Assembly (NCBI GenBank): GCA_964016885.1
Contig: OZ024742.1
Span: 374,480,001-374,544,000 of the forward strand
Length of the DNA: 64,000 nt
DNA from: Eledone cirrhosa
Lineage: Eukaryota
Reading direction: 5' to 3'
The notes under the pieces were generated by a model that saw only the letters and a program-made list of their open reading frames with translations, had not been told where the DNA came from and did not search any database. Below, one piece after another: positions 1 through 10,744 of the stretch. A program made the translations under genes and the position numbers. Numbering within the stretch: position 1 is the first letter of the stretch; each line of letters starts with the position of its first letter.

Positions 1-202
1 TGAACTTTTCCTGTATCGTGTGTGAGAGTGACAGTTGCCTGATGTGTGCAAACTGGTTGTAACAGTCAGTCTGTTCCAATTTACTGTGGATGTGTGTGTA
101 TATATATATATATATATATAAAAGGTAAACAAAAGTAACAACACAACAGTGCAGTATTTGGAAGGAATATACTAGGTTCACGCTTGAAATAGCAAGAAGA
201 GG

Positions 203-240
203 GTCTTAATGTTTCGAAGACTAGTCCTTCATCAGAAGAA
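203..240 (-). ncRNA. Degenerate minimal hammerhead-like motif (Penelope-like terminal repeat relic)
   Basis: Minus strand reads ttctt-CTGATGA-aggactagtcttc-GAAA-cattaaga. Both core boxes are present but the helix III palindrome is imperfect. Confidence 0.35.
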
Positions 241-621
241 AGAATGTGAAATTGGAAACATATTTATTATATATATATGTGTGTATACACTTACAGAAAA
301 TATTGATGCAATTCAATTGAAGCACTCGGCATTGTGTTACTTCTTCCAAATAAGATGGACGGAATATAATTAAATTGAGTCCATTATTAATAAAGCTGTG
401 ATATATATTTTAATGACGATGGTGGCCACTTCATTTTAAGTAACCATTCACGTGATCTCATTAGACAGCAACATTAAGTAAAAGGTTACGTTTTCGAGTA
501 ATCCAGACCAAGATGCAAGGGAGAAGACAAAAATTTGTTTTTGTTGGGATTATCATCTACAACTTCGCATTTAAACGAAGATGATGATGATATATCATAT
601 ATATATATATATATATATATA

Positions 622-1090
622 CTAGCAGAAAAACCACCCTTCGGGTGGTTTTCTGCTAGCATGTGTAGTGTGTATATTGATATTATACGCAAGTATATAT
701 ACATGTAGATATGATACATCAAATGAAATCGTAATTGACAATATACACAGAAATTGAAGGGAGACTTTCTTCTGTAATCAGTAAAGTAATCCATGATACA
801 TTTAAAATAGATGATATTATATATAAACTGCATTAGGAGAAATTTGGTGACAGAAATATATGAATGTTTATTTAAACGATTGCTAACCAGAAGTGTTGAC
901 ATTTGAACATTTTAAAGAAATGAATCTTTAAATAAGTAATAAAATATATTTAATGAACAGCCATGAAATTTAGTAGATAAATTATGTAATTTTCATTCAT
1001 TATTTATTTAAAAGTAATCCACCTTGTTTTACTAAGGGGATAAAAAATTATAAACCGTACGCAGTCCCGCGCTCCTTGCTTTATTATAGT
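622..1090 (-). mobile_element. Non-autonomous Helitron-like element
   Basis: CTAG terminus at 622 next to (TA)n, with hairpin ctagcagaaaaaccaccc-ttc-gggtggttttctgctag. The other end reads ctataataaag on the minus strand. Confidence 0.5.
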
Positions 1091-1107
1091 TTATATATAT
1101 ATATAGA

Positions 1108-1776
1108 CTAGCTAAACTACCCGTTCCTTTGGACGGTTCAAGTAGCTTTCGATGTAGCTCATTAAACTAAACAAAGTAAATTTGAATATGTAGAAGAAAA
1201 ACGTACTTTATGTAAACATGAAAACCTTTGGCACTATTCCAGCGAAATAATTAATGTGAGCTCGGTGTCTTTTTTTACTACAGTAAAAGCACATCATGAA
1301 ATAGAGAAGTGAAGTGAATAACAGACACTATTATGTACAAAGCATAATATTGTATAAGTTATGACATCACTTAATGTATGAACATCAAGCTTGAAACGAT
1401 AAATTATACAATGTCAAATCTATAACTTAACTTAGTAATCTGTTAGAAATTGCTGGTTGTGAAATATACAAAATGGCATTGTTAGTCTCAAGGAAGCGTA
1501 CCTTTTGTTTCAAGTACAAAGAGTAAATTAAAATCTGAATGAGCGGAATTACGAAAGATAACTCTTGTCTTACCTAATCACAAACATTCACACAAATAAC
1601 CAAAATTTTGTTATGTCTCCAAAGGCCCGAATATCGATTTTTGAAAGCCTTTGTAGATCATGTACAGGTTTTGTGCAAGAAGCTGCTCTAAAAAATTTCT
1701 AAGAGATTGCATGAATGGTTTAGAAGATATGAATCCTCATTAAAAATTGTCCACATACACATACAGAAAACTTCAT

Positions 1777-1790
<14 letters not shown>
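1108..1790 (-). mobile_element. Non-autonomous Helitron-like element
   Basis: CTAG end at 1108-1111 with subterminal hairpin ccgttcctttggacgg. The minus-strand 5' end is tatataaagatgaagttttctgtatgtgtatg, the same layout as the elements at 29.5-31.2 kb. Confidence 0.5.
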
Positions 1791-1821
<31 letters not shown>

Positions 1822-1825
<4 letters not shown>

Positions 1826-1890
1826 TTCCCGTCCCACCCTTGCAAGCAGGGAAAAGCGGACGTAAAATGAAATGATGAATGATGATGATA
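1822..1890 (+). mobile_element. Isolated SINE/RTE 3' tail fragment
   Basis: cagttcccgtcccacccttgcaagcagggaaaagcggacgtaaaatg(atg)n, matching the SINE tail at ~31508-31575, embedded in (TA)n. Confidence 0.75.
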
Positions 1891-1908
1891 TATATATCGT
1901 ATATATAT

Positions 1909-1943
<35 letters not shown>

Positions 1944-1944
1944 T

Positions 1945-4930
1945 ATACTCTTTTACTCTTTTGCCTGTATCAGCCATCCGGCTGAGGCCATGCTGGGGCA
2001 CCGCCCTTGTTGCTACACATTTTATCTCCAGCCTGTATAGGTTGGCCACTGGCGTAGGAGGGAGTTTGTTGCTGTTGCCTTTAGGTTTCCCTCGTGTCTT
2101 GCTGTGGGCTCATCCGGGATCCTGGACAACAATGTGTCGAGATGTTTCTTAAAGACATCCACCTCCACGTCATGCAAGTCTCTCAGATGCCTCAGTAGCC
2201 TGTTGAAGAGTTGAGGGCCCTTGAATCCCAGGCTATTGCAATACCTGCTCCTTATTCTAGATGTGGAAGACGGGACCTTTGGCACCACACAGTGACGTCC
2301 TGTTTGACGGTTGGTCCAGCTCCCAATGCCAAAGTTTGGTGCTAGTCCCTCCAGTATTTTCCACATGTAGATCACTGCGTATCTCTCCCGTCTTCGCTCC
2401 AAGGAGTAGAGGTTCAGTTCCTTTAACCTCTCCCAGTAGCTTGTCTCCCTCATCTTGGCAATCCTCTTGGTGTAGCTTTGCTGGATTGCCTCAAGCTCCG
2501 TGGTTAGTTTGACATGATGGGGTGACCACAGCTGGGAGCAGTAGTCCAGGCGGCTTAGGACAAATGTCCTCCATAGTGTCAACATGGTGTCTCGATCTCT
2601 TGTCCGGAAAGTCCTCAAGATAAAGCCAGCAAGTCCTCTGCACATTGTCGCCACTCTCATGATGTGTGAAGAAAAAGATGCATCATCGCTCATGTCTATG
2701 CCCAGGTCTCGTATCGATTTTGACACAGGGATATCGGTCCCTCCTGGTCCTGTGTAGTTGTGTTCCACTATATTTGTGTTTGCAAGTTTATTTGGAGGTT
2801 TGTATTGTAGGGCTTGGAATTTGCCAGCATTAAACTGCATGTTGTTTTCTTCTGCCCATTTGTATATGGCATCCAGATCCTGCTGTAAAAGGGCAGTGTC
2901 AGCCGGGTTTTTGATTGCCTGTGCTACCTTAGTGTCATCAGCATAGCTAGTGAGGGATGTTGTTGTATGTACTACAGAGGGCATGTCTGAGAGAGCCACC
3001 AAAAACAGTAGTGGTCCCAGGACTGTCCCCTGGGGCACCCCACTTGTTATTGGTGTTTCCTTTGAGAGGGCCGCATTTGCTGCGACTGCCTGGCTTCTGT
3101 CTCTTAGGAAGCCATGCAGCCACTCACCTACTTTTCCAGTTATGCCGAGTCCGTGTAGTTTGTGACATATCATTCCGTGGTCGACCTTGTCAAAGGCCTT
3201 CGCAAAGTCAAGATATATCACGTCCACATGTGAGCTGTCTAGTAGTTGTCTCAGTACCCAGTCGTAGTGATGTAGCAGCTGTGTAAGGCAGCTTCTTCCT
3301 GGGCGGAAGCCATGTTGCGTGCTAGTCAGGCGGTCATTTTCCTCGAGGAAAGTGATCAGTTTCTTTCTGACGACTCGCTCCATAACCTTACTGATATGCG
3401 ACGTCAGGGAGACTGGCCTATAGTTTTTGGCCTCCGCTCTGCTACCTCCTTTATGGATAGGGCATATTGTGCTTTCTTTCAGCTCCCCGGGTAGTACACC
3501 GCTAGCCAAGGAGCTTCTGAAGAGCATCTTCAGTGGAGTTGCTAAGGCCCGCTTACATATTTTTAGGAGAACTGCTGGGAATCCATCAGGTCCAGCAGCC
3601 GAGTTTGTTCTAATTTCATCAATGGCGTACACCACATCCTCCTCCGTTATGTCTATGTGGTTGATGGTCGCCATTTCTTGATGTAGTGTTGTGGCATCAA
3701 AGAACTCCTCTGGCTTCGTTATTTGCATGTGCCTCAGTGGACATGTGAACACACTTTTGTACTGTTCCTTCAGTATTTCACATATCTCTTGGGGGTTTTC
3801 GGTTAATGAACCGTCCGTGTGGAAGAGTGGCCCAATCTTGCAGTGTACTGAGGCAGTTTCTTTTACAAATTTAAAGAAGGCCTTAGGGTTTGTTTTAATG
3901 TTTTCTATGGCCCTGTTCTCTTTCTTTGCCCTCTCATTCTCATGGGAAAGCTTGAGTGCAATCTCGGTGTCAAGTAATGCACATTTCAAATAGGATTCCT
4001 TCTTGTTTTTGTTTTGTTGACTATTCAACTGGTTTGAGAGTTTAGTTCTACGTCTCATAAGGATTTTCCTATCTCTGGGAATAAGATTTTTGTGTCTGTT
4101 TGCCTCTTTCTCTGTGACAAACTTTCTGCATATAGTGTGTATCGTTATCATGAAGTGTTGAAATTGTGTGTTAGTGTCTTGTGTGGCGGTGTTTTCACTC
4201 CATGTTTGCTTCCGGATTTCTCTCTTAATCTTTTTCCAGTTAACCTTGTGGAAGTTAAGGCTGGATAACGTCCCGGAGCTTCTTGGTGGTTTTGTCTCTG
4301 TTGGTTCTCTTGGACCACATATCATTAGCTCTACTAAGTTATGATCCGAGAGAATTGTTGGTGTCACCTTTACATTGTGGATGAGCACTTCGTTGTTTGT
4401 AAAACAGAGGTCCAGGACATTTTCGCCTCTTGTTGGGAGGAGTATTGCTTGCTCCATGAACAGCCTGTGTGTGAGGGCCAGCAGGGATTCCGTCTGTCTC
4501 TGTTCTATTGACGTCATTCCAGGGAGGAGGTGGCCCTCAGGCCATTTGACCTTTGGTAGGTTGGGGTGTCCCAGCAGTAGAATGTTGAGACCTTGGTCCA
4601 GTTTGTCAAGGACCTCTTCTATTCTACTTAGGCTATCCTCAAATTTACCCTCATGACTGGGGGCATCGGGCAGCCGATATGTGACACATATTACTGTCTG
4701 TAGTTGCTTCATATGTATTATCAGTGTGTCACAGACTGAGTTTGAATGTGTCAACAGTACAATTGGTGTGACATCTTCACGGATATACAGAGCAACCCCA
4801 CCATGAGTTCTCTCCTTCCTGTCCGAACGAAATACAGTATATTTCGGTATATGTATTTCTGCATCTACTATACTGCTTGTCAGGTGCGTTTCGGTTAGTG
4901 CCATGCATAGTGCTTGATTGCTTATGGCTA
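1945..4930 (-). mobile_element. CR1-clade LINE; 5' end lost in the assembly gap
   Basis: APE endonuclease plus RT ORF, a short 3' UTR with stem-loop potential (cagccatccggctg), and an (AAAAGAGT)n tail. Confidence 0.85.
2022..4930 (-). CDS. CR1 LINE ORF2 (APE endonuclease + reverse transcriptase), open up to the gap
   Basis: Motifs ALTETHL, GGVALY, LDLCFTN, SDH, NYRPVSLTS, QHGFRPGRSC, LDFAKAFDKVDH, GVPQGTVLGPLLF, YADD, LNLYSLERRRERY. Confidence 0.9.
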
Positions 4931-5130
4931 NNNNNNNNNNNNNNNNNNNNNNNNNNNNNNNNNNNNNNNNNNNNNNNNNNNNNNNNNNNNNNNNNNNNNN
5001 NNNNNNNNNNNNNNNNNNNNNNNNNNNNNNNNNNNNNNNNNNNNNNNNNNNNNNNNNNNNNNNNNNNNNNNNNNNNNNNNNNNNNNNNNNNNNNNNNNNN
5101 NNNNNNNNNNNNNNNNNNNNNNNNNNNNNN
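4931..5130. other. Assembly gap (200 N)
   Basis: Run of N. Confidence 1.
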
Positions 5131-5924
5131 ACAACAAACACACATGCTCACCGAGTCAAAAACAAATAAAATTATATTAAATTAAATTGTTACTCAGAAA
5201 AATCAAAATAAGATCTACTTAAGTTAAATTAAAATTAAATTTTGTATAATCTGTACGGTAGTCAAGAAAAATAGAAAGCACGTGTGTGTGTTGTCTCCTA
5301 ATAGGGTATCACACGGTGAAAATAAACATGTTTAAAACGCTAATATATGTAAAATATACTTCAAAATAATTGTGTCAAAGCACAAAAACTTATCTTTTTG
5401 TATGTTTTCCTCGTCTTCTGAAAAATTAAAGCCATAGATAAATCTGATTACTGTCGATTTAAAATATTAAAATTTCAAATCTGGATGTTAACAATTCACG
5501 TCTGATACCAACAAGTGCCAAGCCTATATATATATCATATATATATATATATGAAAGGTATAAAAAACATTGTAGCAAAAAGCCAACAGTATTCCATAAT
5601 ATATCAGTGACTATAGCGTCAAAATGGGGAAAATAGTTAACGTAAGATGTGGGGAAAATAAATCAAACTTATTCTCAAAGAGAATCAGGGTATAGATTCA
5701 TCCACAGAATTTAGTGAAATCCAGGGAAAAATCCATAGAGCCTTAACTCATGATAAAATAAAGTTTAAAATACTCATCCTTCAATTTGGAAAAACTTCAA
5801 ATGCTCTGTATAGTCTTAAAGACTATTTCACGAAAACTTTCAGTGGAGATGGTCACAGTTGGAATTCGATCCTCAGCAGAGCTCAACTCGATAACCAAAA
5901 TTCTCACAGATTAATATTATATAT

Positions 5925-6003
5925 CATCATCATCATCATCAACGTTTAACGTCCCGTGTTCCACGCTTGCATGGGTTTGGACGGGGTAGTCCCACTTGAG
6001 GCA
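5925..6003 (-). mobile_element. RTE family A extreme 3' tail fragment
   Basis: Near-identical to 6415-6496, with (cat)n tail and flanking (TA)n. Confidence 0.8.
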
Positions 6004-6165
6004 TATATATATATATATATTATATATATATCATATATATATTATATGATATGATTCCAGTTCCTCCGTGAAATAATAACCCAACCAGGAACTGGGCATA
6101 TCAGAGTATTGACAACATTATACACCTCAACAACATATGTATTTGTCTATACCATACTAATTCAA

Positions 6166-6220
6166 ACTGCCTGAAGAGGTCACAGCCAAAGATGGCTGTC
6201 ACTGAAATATATATAGCAGT
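6166..6220 (+). ncRNA. Minimal type I hammerhead ribozyme fold (Penelope-like terminal repeat type)
   Basis: Helix I actgc/gcagt; CTGAAGA; helix II g-gtcacagcca-aaga-tggctgtcac-t; GAAA; palindromic helix III tatata plus UA; followed by aataaa. Confidence 0.7.
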
Positions 6221-6797
6221 AATAAACGAAGCTAAATTTTAATCATTTGACTTTTTATTTAACTTTATTTTACACTACTCCGGAGTAACCAAACCAACCT
6301 GCGCACTTCGTCGAGTGCTCCAGCCTGCATACTGAGGTGTTGGTATATAACCAACATAAACTCAAAAATATATATATCATATATATATATATATATATAT
6401 ATGTCATATATATATCATCATCATCATCATCATCAACGTTTAACGTCCGTGTTCCACGCTTGCATGGGTTTGGACGGGGGTAGTCCCACTTGAGGCAAGA
6501 GTGATTGTCTTGCTCGCATAGGACTGTCTGGCAGGTTTTCTACAGTTGGATGCCCTTCCTAACACCAACCACATTTACAGTGTGGGTCTGGGAGGTTTTT
6601 ACCGTGTTGCCTACACGGCCACATTACAGCGTGGACTGTGTGTTTTTTTGTCGTGACACCTACACGATCTCATTTGTTTCGGCCTCGATGGCGCGGCACC
6701 AACATAACTTTACATAGAACGGGGTGGTGTGGATGGGGTGGGGGGGGGTGTATTTTGTTAGAGATGCCTACTGGCTGGAGTAGGTTTTACTATATAT

Positions 6798-9773
6798 TTA
6801 GGTAAGGCGGGTCTTCTCTGTTACTGAGTACCGCCAAAGGTCTCGGTCCAGTGACATTGTCTTGGAGAGGTGTAAGTGTGTGATGTCGGAGTTTATCAGC
6901 TCGTCCCAGGTTTTTCTAGGTCTGCCTATTCCGTGACTACCGTCTATCTTTATTGCCCTGCACTTTGTTATACAGCTATCGACTTTCATGCGCATCACGT
7001 GTCCATACCAACGTAGCCTTCTCTCGAGTAAACAACATCTGATCCCTCTTATCTCTAATTTTTTCCTTAGTTCGTTTATGCTTTGCCGTTCACGTATATT
7101 ACTGTTACACATCCAGCGGAGCATGCAAGCTTCGTTCCTCTCTAGTCTGCGTATATCCTCTGCACACAATGCCCAGGTCTCACTGCCATGCAGCATTGCT
7201 GTTCGTATGCAGGCATCGTACAACCTGCCTTTCATTTTTAGTGAGAACCCTTTAGCAGCTAATAGTGGTATAAGCTCTCTGAACTTTTTCCAACCAGTTC
7301 TGACTCTAGCTACAGTACTTTCAGAGCACCCTCCCCCACTGCTGATTTTATCGCCCAGGTAACGGAAGCTGTCCACTATTTCTATAGAACCCTCTGCGCA
7401 ATTGAAAGAGCTAGTAGTTTGTGGGCACTTGCTGCTACTTATTGCACCAGAGCACCGGCCACATGTAAAATCTATGTTCTTAGTTAGCTTACCTGTGATC
7501 CCACTACATCTTTTATGCACCCATACTTTGCATTTAGGACATAAAATGGAGTTTCTACCTACGCCTTTCCTACACACCGAGCACGACCATTTCCCAGAAG
7601 GGACCGCCGCCTTATTTTCTTTCCTACAAACTAGTACTTTGGTCTTAGCCAGGTTAATTTTAAGTCCTTTTGACTCTAGGCCGTGCTTCCATGTTTGGAA
7701 TTTCTTCTCTAGCTCGGCCATTGATTCCGCTATGAGTGTCAGGTCGTCTGCGTATAGGAGTTCCCATGGGCAGCCTGTCTTGAACTCCTCTGTTATAGCC
7801 TGAAGGGCAATAATAAATAGTAGTGGGCTGAGAACAGAGCCCTGATGGACGCCAACTTTTACGCTAAACTCTTCACTATATTCGTTGTTAATTCTAACCT
7901 TGCTGACTGTTTCTTTATACATGGCTTGTATAGCCCTCACAAGCCATTCGTCAACGCCTAGTTTTCTAAGAGCCCACCAGATAATGGAGCGGGGGACTCT
8001 GTCGAAGGCTTTCTCCAAGTCGACAAAAGCTAAGTAGAGGGGTTTACCTTTAGCTAGGTACTTCTCCTGTAGTTGTCGTACTATGAAAAGAGCGTCTGTG
8101 GTACTTTTGCCTGACACAAACCCGAACTGCATTTCATCTAGGTCAATTCTCTCTCTGATTAGTTGCGCTATTACTTTTTCCGTGACCTTCATGACCTGGT
8201 CGATTAATTTAATGCCTCTATAGTTACTCCTATCTAGGGCGTCTCCTTTACCCTTATAACAGTTAACGATGATGCTGCTATGCCAGTCCTTCGGAACAAC
8301 CCCATTCTGTACGACTTGGTTAACTATGCGGGTGACCATGGTGTGTCCCACCGTGCCAGATGCCTTCAGCATCTCAGCAACTATTTCCGAAGGCCCAGCC
8401 GCCTTACCCGTCTTCATATCCTTGATTGCCTTACTTATTATACTCCCCTCGACTAACACTGCTGGTCCCTCTATTGGGTCGATATGGGGGAGACTGCCTT
8501 TCTCCCAATTATTCTCCTCATTTAGTAGCCTTTCATAGTGACACTTCCAAGCTACCTTCTTATCAGCGTCGGTGATGGCAAGTGTGCCATCGTCGTTTAG
8601 TACACACTTCTCCCCGACAATATCACGGTTTTCCTTGACGCATTGCCTCGCAATCCTGAACACCTCACGTTTTTGGTCATCGCGTTGTAGAACATGCTTG
8701 AACTTTCTTTCCTCAGCTTCCCTTCTTGCTAAGTACACTTGTCTCCTAGCTTCCCTCCTGGCCACTTGATAGTCCTCTCTACTTCCCCCATCCCGCCATA
8801 CTTTCCAAGCCTGCTTTTTGGCCTTAATTGACCCCTCCACCTTACTGTTCCACCACCATGTTACTCTCCTCCTGCCTACAGGCCTGCTCCAGCCACAGAC
8901 TTCGTCTGTCGCCAACAGCAGGTTTGCTTTCAGAAATTCCCACTCTCCCTCTATATTGTCCGACTCTAAATGTTCTTCCTTACTGTCGAAAGCATCAAGT
9001 AATATGCTTTGAAATTTATTCCTGGCTGTGGGGTCCTTTAGCTTCCATATTTTCCTCCTGAGGATAGTCCTCTTCTGATGTCGAGTACGTCTCGTCCTGA
9101 CTATGAGGTCGCTAATTATCAGTCTATGTTGGGAGGTGCATTCTTCATGGGGGAGGGATTTAGTGTTTACAACAGACACTCTGTCACGTCTTCTCGTAAG
9201 GATATAATCTACCTGGCTTGTGTGTTCCCCGGATCTATAGGTGATCAGGTGATTGTCACGTTTTTTGAAGTTAGTGTTACAGATAGTTAGGTTATTTGCA
9301 TCACAGAATTCCAGGATTCTGGAGCCTTCTTCATTTCTAGTACCAAACCCATAGCCTCCATGGATTTCGTCGTAGCCGTCACAATGTTGTCCAACGTGAC
9401 CATTTAGGTCGCCTGCGATAATTATATAGTCACTGTCGGATATTTGGGAGGTAGTTAGCATCAGTGTCTCATAGAATCTGTCTTTTATAGTGCCGGCCAG
9501 TCCGGATTGGGGTGCGTACGCAGATATTACTGTCACCGTAGTTCTATTGAGGACAAGTCGTATTTTAATTATTCTGTCGTTCACTCTATTTACGTCTATT
9601 ATCTTATCTGCCCACTTTTCTGCTACCATGATTCCTACTCCACCCAGCCCATCGTCGTTTCCCACCCAGAAAAGCTTATAACATCGTTTTTTACCCTCAA
9701 TGAACCTAGCAGACCCACCCCTCCACCTGGTCTCTTGAATACAACAAACATCGACCTCCTTACGTTCAAGCAT
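6798..9773 (-). CDS. RTE ORF2: APE endonuclease + RT with an internal PHD finger (991 aa from first ATG; frame open upstream to 9881)
   Basis: IQETRW, SAYAPQ, GDLNGHVG, QVDYIL, NYRGIKL, QFGFVSGKSTTDA, DLEKAFDRV, GVHQGSVLSP, YADD, C4HC3 finger, FRYLG, RLRWYGHV, GRPRKTW. Confidence 0.95.
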   Translation of the reverse strand: MLERKEVDVCCIQETRWRGGSARFIEGKKRCYKLFWVGNDDGLGGVGIMVAEKWADKIIDVNRVNDRIIKIRLVLNRTTVTVISAYAPQSGLAGTIKDRFYETLMLTTSQISDSDYIIIAGDLNGHVGQHCDGYDEIHGGYGFGTRNEEGSRILEFCDANNLTICNTNFKKRDNHLITYRSGEHTSQVDYILTRRRDRVSVVNTKSLPHEECTSQHRLIISDLIVRTRRTRHQKRTILRRKIWKLKDPTARNKFQSILLDAFDSKEEHLESDNIEGEWEFLKANLLLATDEVCGWSRPVGRRRVTWWWNSKVEGSIKAKKQAWKVWRDGGSREDYQVARREARRQVYLARREAEERKFKHVLQRDDQKREVFRIARQCVKENRDIVGEKCVLNDDGTLAITDADKKVAWKCHYERLLNEENNWEKGSLPHIDPIEGPAVLVEGSIISKAIKDMKTGKAAGPSEIVAEMLKASGTVGHTMVTRIVNQVVQNGVVPKDWHSSIIVNCYKGKGDALDRSNYRGIKLIDQVMKVTEKVIAQLIRERIDLDEMQFGFVSGKSTTDALFIVRQLQEKYLAKGKPLYLAFVDLEKAFDRVPRSIIWWALRKLGVDEWLVRAIQAMYKETVSKVRINNEYSEEFSVKVGVHQGSVLSPLLFIIALQAITEEFKTGCPWELLYADDLTLIAESMAELEKKFQTWKHGLESKGLKINLAKTKVLVCRKENKAAVPSGKWSCSVCRKGVGRNSILCPKCKVWVHKRCSGITGKLTKNIDFTCGRCSGAISSSKCPQTTSSFNCAEGSIEIVDSFRYLGDKISSGGGCSESTVARVRTGWKKFRELIPLLAAKGFSLKMKGRLYDACIRTAMLHGSETWALCAEDIRRLERNEACMLRWMCNSNIRERQSINELRKKLEIRGIRCCLLERRLRWYGHVMRMKVDSCITKCRAIKIDGSHGIGRPRKTWDELINSDITHLHLSKTMSLDRDLWRYSVTEKTRLT

Positions 9774-9881
9774 TTCTACAACCTCATTAGCGCGACCCTT
9801 TAGGGTGCCTACATTTATGGTACCAACTCTGAAGTTTTGGATTGCGTTTGGGGGTTGGGGGCGGGGGGCGATGGGGTTATG

Positions 9882-10223
9882 TTAGCCGTCCGCGGTCGAA
9901 ACAATGAGGAGTGCTCGCATTCTCGTCCAAGAGGTGAATTTGTCTTTATCTTTGGCATTGTCGCTGAGCGTCCAGATTTTTCTCTCTCTCACCTCCACTC
10001 TCCAGGATTCCGCAGTCCATCCATCCATCATATATCGAAAGGCAACCAGGCAAGCGATAGTATAGGCCTCTGGTTTCTGATTGGTCCGCGTAATAATACT
10101 GGTGATGCGTGGGGGCTCTGTTTTATGATTAGTCCACGTAATAGCCATGGTGGTGCGTGGGGGTGGGAGGGAGGGATATTGGGTAGCTAGCAAGAAGGTA
10201 ATGATTGAATGGGGTCCTTGCAT
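9882..10223 (-). CDS. Putative short RTE ORF1, in frame with ORF2
   Basis: Its C-terminal ~40 aa are conserved in copy 2 (~14280-14402) with a frame-preserving indel. Confidence 0.4.
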   Translation of the reverse strand: MQGPHSIITFLLATQYPSLPPPRTTMAITWTNHKTEPPRITSIITRTNQKPEAYTIACLVAFRYMMDGWTAESWRVEVRERKIWTLSDNAKDKDKFTSWTRMRALLIVSTADG

Positions 10224-10487
10224 TTAACAAGCGATTAACAAAAATACAAAATTTGTTCTGTTAAATACGCCCAAAAACTTTCGTATTTAACAATTAGTAG
10301 AAACAGAAAATGTAGTTTGTTTTAGCGATAGATTGGCTATTTGGACTTGATACGAAATATGGATTGTTTTGAAAATACGCTAGAATTAAGATTTGTGGAG
10401 GGAGAGAAATGAAATCCGTACATTACGTATACATGTATATCGAGGGTACACAGCAAGCAATGAAATTTGGCGAAGTGAATTCCTATC

Positions 10488-10545
<58 letters not shown>

Positions 10546-10744
10546 TGGCCACATGATGGCTGTGTGTGTTAGGCGTTTGACCGCCCCGTGCCTTCGAAGA
10601 AGGAAGAAGGAAAGGATTTTGTTTTTTTTTGTTTTGAAGATACGCTAGAATTAGGGATTGAGGTTTGAAAATACGTTAGGAATTAAGGTTTGAAAATAGC
10701 TAGCAAGACATATATCATATATATATATATGTCATATATATATA

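Larger units (their letters stand above)
6415..10710 (-). mobile_element. Near full-length RTE-clade LINE, family A copy 1
   Basis: 5' region, short upstream ORF, intact EN-RT ORF, 3' UTR with ggttggtgttaggaagggcatcca stem-loop, and (TGA)n tail. Confidence 0.92.

Noticed and set aside
486-902. 138-aa minus-strand ORF and other I/Y-rich ORFs
   Set aside because: Low-complexity translations of (TA)n microsatellite and Helitron sequence.
4777-5185. ORFs spanning the N run, including the nominal start of the 1039-aa ORF
   Set aside because: Gap artifacts; the sequence after 5130 is not recognisably CR1.
5820-5885. Minus-strand CTGCTGA...GAAA hammerhead-like spacing
   Set aside because: Core mismatch and no convincing helix I or II.
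6988-9803. Recurrent antisense ORFs (MRITCPYQR..., MLLCQSFGTT...)
   Set aside because: Shadow frames of the RTE ORF, repeated only because the element is multi-copy.
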